Assembly (NCBI GenBank): GCA_013335405.1
Contig: JAAXVR010000008.1
Span: forward strand, 13,663-77,662
From: Chlorobiaceae bacterium
GTDB taxonomy: Bacteria > Bacteroidota > Chlorobiia > Chlorobiales > Chlorobiaceae
DNA length: 64,000 nt
Reading direction: 5' to 3'
Position 1 is the stretch's first letter; each line of letters begins with the position of its first letter. A program made the translations under genes and the position numbers. The notes under the pieces were generated by a model. The model was not told the origin of the DNA and searched no databases. It saw only the letters and a list, made by a program, of their open reading frames with translations. Below are positions 19,562-27,920 of the stretch, piece by piece.

Positions 19562-19976
19562 GAAAAGTGAATGCCGTGTTGTTCAGTGCATCGGAAAGGA
19601 TCGTTGCCTGCCAGAGGGTCCGTCCGCTCATGCACCGGACGATAATTCCCTTTCCCGACCAGGTGCAGCCGCTCGTTTTTTTCATCACAACACGGTTCCT
19701 GCCCATTACCATACCGGGCATGCCGAGATCGAGGATCAGGGTATCAGGCAACGAACTGCATGGTGTGATCGTCATGCTGAACGTCAGTTCTTCCATGGCG
19801 CTGACCGGTTTTGGGGCGATGTCGAGGGTGATTGTCCTGCCTGTGCAGGTTTTTGTGCATGGTCCCAGAGAGAAGTTACAGTCGGCGGCAATCGCGGCAC
19901 GCATCGCAAGGGAAGCAAGGAGAAAGGCGGTTGCCGTTATGCCTGCGGCTCTTGTCAGTTGACGTCGAAAAACCAT
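19548..19976 (-). CDS. Hypothetical exported Met/Cys-containing protein embedded in the cco assembly operon
   Basis: Start taken at ATG 19976: MVFRRQLTRAAGITATAFLLASLAMRAAIA is a twin-Arg-like signal with an AxA site. It also carries CTKTCTG and the Met-rich LGMPGMVMGRNRVVM. The ORF overlaps the fixH-like stop (22 nt) and the ccoI start (14 nt). I recognise no family. Confidence 0.5.
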   Translation of the reverse strand: MVFRRQLTRAAGITATAFLLASLAMRAAIAADCNFSLGPCTKTCTGRTITLDIAPKPVSAMEELTFSMTITPCSSLPDTLILDLGMPGMVMGRNRVVMKKTSGCTWSGKGIIVRCMSGRTLWQATILSDALNNTAFTFHVKY

Positions 19977-20398
19977 TTTCTGTTGGTTGAGAGGTTGTTT
20001 TGTGCAAATTCCACACGCACAAGCCACTTGCCTTTAAACGGAATGTCCGCTTCTGCATGATAGTTTCCCGGGGAACGTTCCTGCATTTCCGTCGTACGGT
20101 CATGGTTTTTGGTCGACACATTGCCGACAAAGAGGGTAATAGCGGCATGCTCCACCGGTTTGCCATGCGAAGTGATCGTTACGGCGATGTCGTTGATGCC
20201 GCGTTCCAGCGGTGCAGGTGGAAGTATCGCCAGGCCGAGCTGCTGCTCCTGGCCCTTCGCGCGGAAGTAGTCCCTTCCTTTTTCAAAGTAGTTTTCGTCG
20301 ACAAGCCCTTCTTCACTGCTGTAGGCGATATAGATTCCGGTGCCGATTGCGGTGAGGAAGAGGGGCAGAAGGATGGAGAGGAAAATTTTCAAATTCAT
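19955..20398 (-). CDS. FixH/CcoH-like membrane-anchored protein
   Basis: A single N-terminal TM segment followed by EENYFEKGRDY and a beta-rich domain, as in the FixH family. It has an ATGA overlap with the ccoG stop. Confidence 0.6.
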   Translation of the reverse strand: MNLKIFLSILLPLFLTAIGTGIYIAYSSEEGLVDENYFEKGRDYFRAKGQEQQLGLAILPPAPLERGINDIAVTITSHGKPVEHAAITLFVGNVSTKNHDRTTEMQERSPGNYHAEADIPFKGKWLVRVEFAQNNLSTNRKWFFDVN

Positions 20399-21498
20399 AG
20401 GAAACCGGAATCCCTGTTTATGGATATGTTTTCACCCGAAAGGCTTATGGTCACCTTGTCAAGCTTCCGGGCGGATTTCACGAGAATTTTGCCGTGGACT
20501 GCAGAATATGGTTCGAGCAGCAGCTTGCGCTCCCCGATAAGGATAACCTGATCGGGAGAAGAGAGCTGGAGCGTATAGGATTTCTGACTGTTGTTGTAAA
20601 TCGTGTACGAATATCGGTTCAGTCCGGCAGGCAGGGATTCGGAATCCCTGGTTACAAGGAAATCGAGGGGCGGCCTGAACCAGATCAGAAGAAAAAGAAT
20701 GATTGCCGCGGCAATGGTAGCTCCACCCATCCAGAAGGATTTCGGCCGCAGGATGTTTCCCCGGTAGTCCGGAAAAGGAGGCATGCCCCTTTTTCCGCTG
20801 ATGGTGCGGCAGATATCGATACATTCTGCGCAGGCGATGCAGCTCGTGTTCAACCCTTTCTTGATGTCGATGCCTACAGGGCAGACCTTCACGCATTCAT
20901 CGCATTTCATGCAGGTGTCGTCCCTCGATACGTCATATTCGATCACAACGGTATCCTTGTCGAACAGGACATTCTGGAGCATTGAATAGGGACAGACCGA
21001 AGTGCAGAATTTTCTGCCGAGAAAAGCGAGTTCAAGATAGACTGAAATCCAGAGGACGATGAAAAATGCCGTGATGGTCGGAGATACGAACAGTTGTCCA
21101 AGCATCTCGGCCGGTGGTACGAAATACCAGATCAGGGTGAGGGAAACGAGTGCGGAAAATGGAAGCAGGAGCAATTTTTGCGCAGTATCGCGTCCTTTGC
21201 GCCCGAACCGTTTTGCGATAATGTCACTGAGGTCGAGAAGGACGGTCTGCGGACAGAGCCAGCCGCACCAGATTCGACCGAATATCGACGTGACAAAGGT
21301 GATGAGGAGAAGGAAAAAAAGCGTTACGGCAAGGATCAGGTAAAACTCCCTGATCCATATGGCAGTCCCGAAAAAATAGAGCTTGAGCTCTCCTATGTCA
21401 AATCTGAAGGCACTATGGCCATTAATCGAAAGGAATGGCAGGCCGCTGAGGAGGACGGCCTGCAGGATTTCAACAGTGGTACGATACTTTTTCCACAC
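20395..21498 (-). CDS. ccoG: cbb3 oxidase accessory ferredoxin CcoG/FixG (short form)
   Basis: GTG start. TM segments plus two 4Fe-4S motifs, CMKCDECVKVCP and CIACAECIDIC. At 367 aa it is shorter than typical CcoG proteins. Confidence 0.75.
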   Translation of the reverse strand: MWKKYRTTVEILQAVLLSGLPFLSINGHSAFRFDIGELKLYFFGTAIWIREFYLILAVTLFFLLLITFVTSIFGRIWCGWLCPQTVLLDLSDIIAKRFGRKGRDTAQKLLLLPFSALVSLTLIWYFVPPAEMLGQLFVSPTITAFFIVLWISVYLELAFLGRKFCTSVCPYSMLQNVLFDKDTVVIEYDVSRDDTCMKCDECVKVCPVGIDIKKGLNTSCIACAECIDICRTISGKRGMPPFPDYRGNILRPKSFWMGGATIAAAIILFLLIWFRPPLDFLVTRDSESLPAGLNRYSYTIYNNSQKSYTLQLSSPDQVILIGERKLLLEPYSAVHGKILVKSARKLDKVTISLSGENISINRDSGFL

Positions 21499-21547
21499 AA
21501 GGAAAGATTCAGAATTTAACGATATGCCGTTTCAATAATGAAGGGTA

Positions 21548-22006
21548 CTATTTTTTTCTCAGGGTTTCCAGATATGCCACGAGCTTGCTTATTCTGTCGG
21601 ATCCAAGCTGGGGCAGGAACCCGGGCATGCCGTTCGGCCTTCCTTTTGAAACAGAAGTAAACAGATCGTTTTCGGTCGCGCCGTATTTGAGCGCAGCAGT
21701 GAGGTTCGGACCGATGCCCCCGGTCGCATCCGCATTGTGGCATGCCGCGCAGTTGGTTGCGTATATTTCCTTGCCTTCGCTGACGGCTTTTTCGTCACCG
21801 GCATAGCTGCTTGCGGGAACGGCCTTTTCTGTTTTGGCTGCGGCTGCCATTTCCTGTTCGTATTTTTTGTAGAATGACCAGCCCGATATCGCAGGTGTAT
21901 AGGACACCACGTACCATATCAGGAAAACGATGGCGGCAAAAAAGAAAACCAGCCACCCTTTCGGTATTCTGTTGTGCCCCTCCTGAATTTCTGGAGTGTC
22001 GTTCAT
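21548..22006 (-). CDS. ccoP: cbb3 oxidase subunit III-like, monoheme cytochrome c (CcoP variant)
   Basis: N-terminal FixP-like anchor (IPKGWLVFFFAAIVFLIWY) and a single CxxCH motif (CAACH). Only 152 aa. Confidence 0.7.
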   Translation of the reverse strand: MNDTPEIQEGHNRIPKGWLVFFFAAIVFLIWYVVSYTPAISGWSFYKKYEQEMAAAAKTEKAVPASSYAGDEKAVSEGKEIYATNCAACHNADATGGIGPNLTAALKYGATENDLFTSVSKGRPNGMPGFLPQLGSDRISKLVAYLETLRKK

Positions 22007-22060
22007 GTCAGTCTCCTCTTGGTTGATGTCGAAAGTCCCTGGCGTTTGGTAGAGGTTGAA

Positions 22061-22204
22061 TCATTCGTCTTCTTCAAGCATCGTGTGCTTCGGTTTCTCC
22101 ACCTGCTGTTTTTTTGCCGGATTGTAGTAATACACGATTATTCCCAGCATCACCAGCGCGAGCAGAATCGTGAAGACAACATATGCAAGAGCGGAGAAGG
22201 TCAC
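22061..22204 (-). CDS. ccoQ: CcoQ/FixQ-like small membrane subunit (not in ORF track)
   Basis: Own translation from GTG 22204-22202, which overlaps the ccoO TGA as GTGA: MTFSALAYVVFTILLALVMLGIIVYYYNPAKKQQVEKPKHTMLEEDE, with a stop at 22063-22061. It has one TM helix and a charged tail, and sits in the position typical of ccoQ. Confidence 0.5.
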   Translation of the reverse strand: MTFSALAYVVFTILLALVMLGIIVYYYNPAKKQQVEKPKHTMLEEDE

Positions 22205-22872
22205 TTTGCAGCCTCCATGTTTTTCACGTCACGGCCGAGTTTCTGAAGGTATGCTATGATTGCGTCCATTTCCGTGAGTTCGCTGCGGAGCCCGGCAGGC
22301 GTAACCTGGTCGCGGCTTTCCTTCGAGGCATAGCTTTCCGAGGTAACCGTCGAACGGAAGCCGTCGATCTGGTTTTTCACGTCGGTTTCAGAGTACCCGT
22401 ATCCGAGTACCGATGTTTTTTTGAAAGAATTCGATGTATCGAGCCTGTTTTTCGACATCCAGGCGTAGGGCGGCATGTTTGATTGCTGGAAAAGGCGCTG
22501 AGGGCTTTCCATATGGCTGTAATGCCACGAATCGGGATATTTTCCCCCGATCCTTGCAAGATCGGGCCCCGTGCGGCGCGAGCCCCAGAGGAACGGCCTG
22601 TCGTAGGCGAACTCTTCGAGTTTGGAGTACTCGCCGTAACGAAGGACTTCGGTCCTCAGCGGACGGACGGTCTGTGTATGGCAGTTGTTGCACCCTTCCC
22701 TCATATAGAGGTCCCTTCCTTCAAGTTCAATGGCTGTGTACGGTTTCACGTACGGGCTTACAGGCTGGGTTGAAGGCATGAAGAGCGGAATGAAAACCGT
22801 CACCACGGTTCCGACAAGAATCACTGCCGCAGAGATGACAGCGAAAACTACCGGTTTGGAATTGATACCCAT
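22201..22872 (-). CDS. ccoO: cbb3 oxidase subunit II, monoheme cytochrome c
   Basis: CNNCH heme motif and the conserved FLWGSRRTGPDLARIGGKY and SNMPPYAW blocks. Confidence 0.9.
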   Translation of the reverse strand: MGINSKPVVFAVISAAVILVGTVVTVFIPLFMPSTQPVSPYVKPYTAIELEGRDLYMREGCNNCHTQTVRPLRTEVLRYGEYSKLEEFAYDRPFLWGSRRTGPDLARIGGKYPDSWHYSHMESPQRLFQQSNMPPYAWMSKNRLDTSNSFKKTSVLGYGYSETDVKNQIDGFRSTVTSESYASKESRDQVTPAGLRSELTEMDAIIAYLQKLGRDVKNMEAAK

Positions 22873-22903
22873 GATTGCAGCTCCTGTTTGCGGGTTTGTC
22901 GGT

Positions 22904-24295
22904 TTATGCTTCAGCTTCGACAGGTTGTTGCCTTGTCGTCATGAAAATATTCCAGGCAAAAATAAGAATGCCGATGAAATAGATGACCCCGGCAGCAAAC
23001 CGCAGTTTGTAATAAGGGTACAGCGAAGTGACGGAATCAAGGAAATTGTACATCAGCGAGCCGTCGGGGTTGGTCGCTTTCCACATAGCCCCCTGCTGGA
23101 TGCCTCCGATCCACATGGTGACAGTCCAGGTAAGCTGGCCGACCAGGATGAGCCAGAAATGGGTGTTGGCAAGCTTGATGCTGTAAAGATCCGTACGGTA
23201 TATTTTAGGGATCATGTAATAAAAAGAAGCCGAGATTGTCATGGCGACCCATCCCATGGTTCCCATATGGACGTGGCCGACCACCCAGTCGGTGTAATGG
23301 AAGAACGCGTTGAGGGTCCTCAGGCCCTGGGTTGGCCCCTGAATTGTCTGCAGCCCATAGAAGGTAATGCCGACAATGAAGAATTTCACGAGATAGTTGG
23401 TCCGCATCTGGTCCCAGTTACCCTGCAGCGTGTAATAACCGTTCACCACCGATCCCCAGGATGGAGCTATGAGGAAAATGCTGAACGCTATGGCAACCGT
23501 CTGGATCCATTCGGGAAGCGGGGTGAGCATGAGGTGGTGCGCTCCGGTCCAGAGGTATGCGAAAATCAGCGCCCAGAATGAAACGATGGAAAGCCTGTGA
23601 CTGTAGATCGGAAGACCTGTTGCTTTCGGCAGGAAATAGTAGAACATGGCAAGTACAGGCACAGTAAAGATGAATCCGACGATGTTGTGGCCGTACCACC
23701 ATTCGACGTTGGCATCGTTCGCTCCCGCATAGACGCTGTATGACTTGAAGAGCGTGACTGGAACAGCCAGGTTGTTGACAATGTAGAGTACAGCTATGGT
23801 GACGGTCATGGCGATGAGGTACCAGAGCGAAATGTACATCTGCTTTTCCTTCCTCTTGATGAGGGTTGCAAAGACATTGACGGCGAACATGACCCAGAGG
23901 ATAACCACACCGATATCGAGAGGCCATTCGAGTTCGGCATATTCCTTCGTGGTGTTCATGCCGGCGAAAAGACTCACTGCGGCAAGCGCGATGGCGGCAT
24001 TGAAAAGGTAGAGATGGGCTTTGGCAAGACCGGGGAAGGGAAGCGGGGTTCTGGTGAGTCGCTGCAGCATGTAATATGCCGTCGCGAAAATGCCTGCAAG
24101 GCCGAACCCGAGCCCGAGACCGTTGGTGTGAACCACCCGGAGCCGGCCGAAACTGAGCCAGGGGGTGATGTTGAGAGCCGGATTGAACATCTCGAATGCT
24201 ATCCAGAGCCCTACAATGAGTCCTATGACCAGCCAGAATAGTGCAGAGTAGGTGAAACCCCGCACTACCTTGTAGTCGTACCCAGCTTCGCTCAT
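22904..24295 (-). CDS. ccoN: cbb3 oxidase catalytic subunit I
   Basis: 12-TM heme-copper oxidase with conserved blocks (WWYGHN, HHL, HFWL). The start is set at ATG 24295, preceded by GGAGGAAAGC. The ORF track starts earlier, at 24349. Confidence 0.9.
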   Translation of the reverse strand: MSEAGYDYKVVRGFTYSALFWLVIGLIVGLWIAFEMFNPALNITPWLSFGRLRVVHTNGLGLGFGLAGIFATAYYMLQRLTRTPLPFPGLAKAHLYLFNAAIALAAVSLFAGMNTTKEYAELEWPLDIGVVILWVMFAVNVFATLIKRKEKQMYISLWYLIAMTVTIAVLYIVNNLAVPVTLFKSYSVYAGANDANVEWWYGHNIVGFIFTVPVLAMFYYFLPKATGLPIYSHRLSIVSFWALIFAYLWTGAHHLMLTPLPEWIQTVAIAFSIFLIAPSWGSVVNGYYTLQGNWDQMRTNYLVKFFIVGITFYGLQTIQGPTQGLRTLNAFFHYTDWVVGHVHMGTMGWVAMTISASFYYMIPKIYRTDLYSIKLANTHFWLILVGQLTWTVTMWIGGIQQGAMWKATNPDGSLMYNFLDSVTSLYPYYKLRFAAGVIYFIGILIFAWNIFMTTRQQPVEAEA

Positions 24296-24416
24296 GCTTT
24301 CCTCCATATCTTGATAAAGGATTGAGAGAAAAAGAACACGCTTTGCCATCAGGCACCTATTTGAAGTATATAGTTATCAAGTTAATCACAAATCTCTTTG
24401 CAGAGAAATGAAAAAT

Positions 24417-24449
24417 GAAAAAACCGGACTTTCTGTGCCCGGTTTTTTC
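24417..24449 (-). terminator. Rho-independent (bidirectional) terminator after mtnA
   Basis: Stem gaaaaaaccgg (24417-24427) / ccggttttttc (24439-24449) with an 11-nt loop. It lies about 30 nt downstream of the mtnA stop. Confidence 0.6.
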
Positions 24450-24476
24450 ATTTTTATGAAAGTGCAGCGGGGCCGC

Positions 24477-25541
24477 TCAATCCCTGAAAAGCTCTTTCAA
24501 TCTGTTCACGTAATCTCCCACGACTGCATCTTTTTCGGTGATGATGCCTCGAATGAGAGTACCGGGTGTCACGTCGAATGCGTAGTTCACCACTGGTGTT
24601 GTCGGCGTGGCCACCTGGGTGCCGAAGATCTGGCGCAGCTCGTCGGCGTTACGTTCTTCGATTGGGATCTGCGATCCTTCGGACATCGTGATATCGATGG
24701 TCGAGACCGGAGCGGCGATGTAGAACGGAATGCCGTGGTGACGCGCGCTGATGGCGTGTGCGTAAGTGCCGATTTTGTTGGCCGTGTCGCCATTGGCCGT
24801 TATGCGGTCTGCACCGGTTACTGCGAAGTCGATCATGCCGCGCTGCATGAGGATAGCCGATGAAGAGTCGGAGATAGAGGCGAACGGAATGCCGTCATGC
24901 TCCAGTTCCCAGGCGGTCAGGCGCAATCCCTGCAGGAGCGGTCGGCTTTCCGAGGAGATCACCCGCTCGATAAGGCCCTCCTGCCAGGCGAGGCGGATTA
25001 CGCCGAGTGCCGTGCCGATACCGCAGCAGGCCAGCGTTCCGGTGTTGCAGTGGGTCAGGACGTTGAGCTTGCGGGTTTTCAGCACGTCGGCAAAATCCTG
25101 CCTGATGAGTTCGACGCCGTGGCGAGCGATACGATCGCAGTTATTGACCTCGTCATGGTAAATTTTATGGGCCTCGTCGGTCATCTTCGAAAAAAGCGTC
25201 TCGAGGGAATCGGTCTTGAAGTTGGCCTCATAGACCGCGGTCATCTTCTTCGTGGCGAAGAAGAGGTTTACCGCTGTCGGGCGTGAGGCGTTGACTTCGG
25301 CGATCAGGTTTTTGAAAAATTCCGGGAAACCCGCCTTGTCGCCCTTGTATTCCTTGATGCCGAGCACGACGGTATAGCCTGCCGAGGCGCCGATCAGCGG
25401 AGCGCCCCTGACCGCGAGAGTCTTGATTGCCTCTATGGCCTGCAGGTGGCTTCTTGTCGATATGTATTCCTCCCTGAGCGGCAGAAAGCGCTGGTCGAGG
25501 TACGTAAGCGTGTTATCGGTGAACGAAATGGCGTCTATCAT
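24477..25541 (-). CDS. mtnA: S-methyl-5-thioribose-1-phosphate isomerase (eIF-2B alpha/beta/delta family)
   Basis: LDQRFLP, VRGAPLIGA, NTGTLA and VTGADRITANGDTANKIGTY are typical of MtnA. Confidence 0.85.
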   Translation of the reverse strand: MIDAISFTDNTLTYLDQRFLPLREEYISTRSHLQAIEAIKTLAVRGAPLIGASAGYTVVLGIKEYKGDKAGFPEFFKNLIAEVNASRPTAVNLFFATKKMTAVYEANFKTDSLETLFSKMTDEAHKIYHDEVNNCDRIARHGVELIRQDFADVLKTRKLNVLTHCNTGTLACCGIGTALGVIRLAWQEGLIERVISSESRPLLQGLRLTAWELEHDGIPFASISDSSSAILMQRGMIDFAVTGADRITANGDTANKIGTYAHAISARHHGIPFYIAAPVSTIDITMSEGSQIPIEERNADELRQIFGTQVATPTTPVVNYAFDVTPGTLIRGIITEKDAVVGDYVNRLKELFRD

Positions 25542-25557
25542 ATTTTATTTCAAGGAA

Positions 25558-26379
25558 TTAAAGGTTTGCAACGACTGACTTGAAAATGGCGGTCATCTTC
25601 GGTTCGGCAAGGTTCGAGACCTCGATGATCTCCTCGATGCTGACCGGCTGGAGAGCATCAGGGAAGCATTCGTCGGTGATGATGGACATGCCGAAAACTT
25701 CCGTGCCCTGATGGACAGCGGCGATCACTTCCGGGACGGTGGACATGCCCACGACATCGGCACCGAGGTTCCTCAGCATTCGGTACTCGGCACGGGTCTC
25801 GAGGCATGGTCCGGGCAGTGCAACGTACACGCCCCTCCGGACCCAGATTTTCTGTTCGAGGGCGACTTTTTCAGCAATTGCAAGAATTCGCGGAGAGTAT
25901 GGTGCGCACATGTCGGGGAACCTGGATCCTATTTCCGGATCATTGGGCCCGATCAGCGGGTTTCCTCCAAGCATGTTGATATGGTCGTCAATCAGCATGA
26001 TGTCGCCTTTCCTGAACGAAGGATTGAGGCCGCCGCAGGCGTTGGTTATGCCGAGCGTCATGACACCGAGGTATTTCATGACCCTGACAGGGAAAACAAT
26101 CTGCTGCATCGAGTAGCCTTCGTAAAAATGGAAGCGTCCCTGCATGGCGACGACCTTTTTGCCGGAAAGGGTGCCGAAAATCAGTTTTCCGTGATGCGTT
26201 TCGACGGTTGAAATCGGGAAATTCGGGATGTCGCTGTAGTCAAGCGAAAATTCGACTTCGATTTCCTTTGCAAGGGCTCCGAGGCCTGTGCCGAGGACGA
26301 TACCGATCGGGTATTCATCCCGGGTTTTTTTTCTTATGTAGGCGACAGCTTCCTGGATTTTTGCCCGCTGTGAGATCAT
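25558..26379 (-). CDS. Trimeric purine nucleoside phosphorylase family (PunA/MTAP-type)
   Basis: GIVLGTGLG, HHGKLIFGTLSGKKVVAMQGRFHFYEGY and GADVVGMSTVPEV are PNP family-2 motifs. The gene is adjacent to mtnA. Confidence 0.85.
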   Translation of the reverse strand: MISQRAKIQEAVAYIRKKTRDEYPIGIVLGTGLGALAKEIEVEFSLDYSDIPNFPISTVETHHGKLIFGTLSGKKVVAMQGRFHFYEGYSMQQIVFPVRVMKYLGVMTLGITNACGGLNPSFRKGDIMLIDDHINMLGGNPLIGPNDPEIGSRFPDMCAPYSPRILAIAEKVALEQKIWVRRGVYVALPGPCLETRAEYRMLRNLGADVVGMSTVPEVIAAVHQGTEVFGMSIITDECFPDALQPVSIEEIIEVSNLAEPKMTAIFKSVVANL

Positions 26380-26704
26380 GGCTGGATTGTTTATTGGTTA
26401 ACGACAGGTTGTAACGAAAATTTCCGGGTTCTGAAGGGAGCGACACGTTCCGTCAACGTCAAGTGCAGGATGGAGGGTGAATCTGCGGCAGCCGACACGG
26501 TTTCCCGGGGGGTATTCGGAGCGATCATGTCTGGCATATCTGCTGGACGGCATTGAAATCATTATGGGAACTGCAAACGTATCCCGTTGTCCCGAACCTG
26601 TGGTTGCAGACAGAGACCTCCCTGAAAGACGGGAAAGAAAGATGTTCAATATAAACTCTGCACCAGTCAGATAAAAATGGCAGGAAGATCCGTTTTTCCT
26701 TGTG

Positions 26705-27394
26705 TCAGCGCCAGCCGAAAATCGCAGTTCCAACCCTGATCATGGTTGCGCCTTCGGCGATCGCCTCTTCAAAATCCCCGCTCATGCCCATGGAAAGCTC
26801 AGTAAGTGAATCAGGTTCGGGAGAGATCGTTTTCAGTTCGCCGAGAAGTTTGCGAAGGGCGCGGAACTCCTGTCTGGCGCTTTCCGGTTCGGGAGACGCT
26901 ATGGTCATGAGGCCGCGCAGCGTGATGTTCGGGAGTCGGTGAAGAGCCATGAACGAGGGAAGAACTTCCCCGGGATGCATGCCGTATTTCGATGCTTCGC
27001 CAGAGGTGTTGACCTCGAGAAGGTATTCCGCATGAAAATTCTCCCGCACGGCTATCCTGGAAAGCTCTTCAGCGGTCGAGATTTTGTCTATGCCGTGGAT
27101 GAGTGCGACTTTGCCGATAATCATCCGGATTTTGTTGGACTGCAGGTGCCCGACGAAATGCCATTGCAGGGGAAGCCCGTCGAGGAGGGGATCGTCATGT
27201 TTCTGCAGGAATTCCTGAACGTAGCTTTCCCCGAACACGATCTGTCCGGCATCGAACGCTTCCCTTACGAGTGAGGCCTGCTTGGTTTTCGATACAGCGA
27301 CAAGCCTGACGCTTCCGGGATCCCTTCCCGCCTTCAGGCAAGCAGCTTCGATTTCCCTGCGTATTGCCCGAAGGTTGGATGCTACGCTTTCCAT
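26705..27394 (-). CDS. yggS: YggS-family pyridoxal-phosphate homeostasis protein
   Basis: LVAVSKTK (PLP lysine), HFVGHLQSNK and SMGMSGDFEEAIAEGATMIRVGTAIFG. Confidence 0.85.
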   Translation of the reverse strand: MESVASNLRAIRREIEAACLKAGRDPGSVRLVAVSKTKQASLVREAFDAGQIVFGESYVQEFLQKHDDPLLDGLPLQWHFVGHLQSNKIRMIIGKVALIHGIDKISTAEELSRIAVRENFHAEYLLEVNTSGEASKYGMHPGEVLPSFMALHRLPNITLRGLMTIASPEPESARQEFRALRKLLGELKTISPEPDSLTELSMGMSGDFEEAIAEGATMIRVGTAIFGWR

Positions 27395-27405
27395 GGCATT
27401 GCCGT

Positions 27406-27897
27406 TCAGGTATTCTGAGCGGAGACAATCGTTTCGATGACGATCGGCTCCAGCGGGTTGTCGTTGAAGTCCGTTCTGACGGCGGCGATTTTTTCGACCA
27501 CCTCCATTCCCGAATCCACGACGCCGAAAACAGTATACTGGCCGTCAAGGAAATCGTTGTCGGCATGGTTGATATAAAACTGGCTGCCGGAGGACGCTTT
27601 CTGCGGATTGTTGTCCCTTGCGGCGGCGAGCGAGCCTTTCTTGTTCGGGTGCTTTATTTCCGCAGGTATGCGGTACGAAGGGCCTCCGGTACCGTGCAGT
27701 CCGCGTTTGTCCTCGTGCCTCGACAGCGGATCGCCCGTCTGTACCATGAAGCCTTCGATGACGCGGTGGAAACGGATACCGTCGTAATACCCCTCTCCGG
27801 CAAGCTTGACAAAATTGTCGCGATGCAGGGGTGTATCGTCAAAAAGCGAAATAGCGATCTCGCCCTGGCTGGTTTTGATGATGAACTGTTCTGGCAT
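27406..27897 (-). CDS. Cyclophilin-type peptidyl-prolyl isomerase
   Basis: FHRVIEGFMVQTGDP, GSQFYINH and YTVFGVVDSGMEVVEKI. Confidence 0.9.
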   Translation of the reverse strand: MPEQFIIKTSQGEIAISLFDDTPLHRDNFVKLAGEGYYDGIRFHRVIEGFMVQTGDPLSRHEDKRGLHGTGGPSYRIPAEIKHPNKKGSLAAARDNNPQKASSGSQFYINHADNDFLDGQYTVFGVVDSGMEVVEKIAAVRTDFNDNPLEPIVIETIVSAQNT

Positions 27898-27920
27898 GTT
27901 CGTTATACCGATAATAAGTT

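Noticed and set aside
24350-24416. Possible FNR/Anr box upstream of ccoN, since cbb3 operons are often FNR-controlled.
   Set aside because: I searched for TTGAT-N4-ATCAA. I found only TTGAA-N10-ATCAA (24361-24380), which has the wrong spacing, so no call was made.
26398-26733. 111-aa minus-strand ORF and 65-aa plus-strand ORF (26477..26674) in the yggS-PNP spacer.
   Set aside because: The 111-aa frame overlaps the 3' end of yggS. Both lack an RBS and motifs, and neither has coding-like composition.
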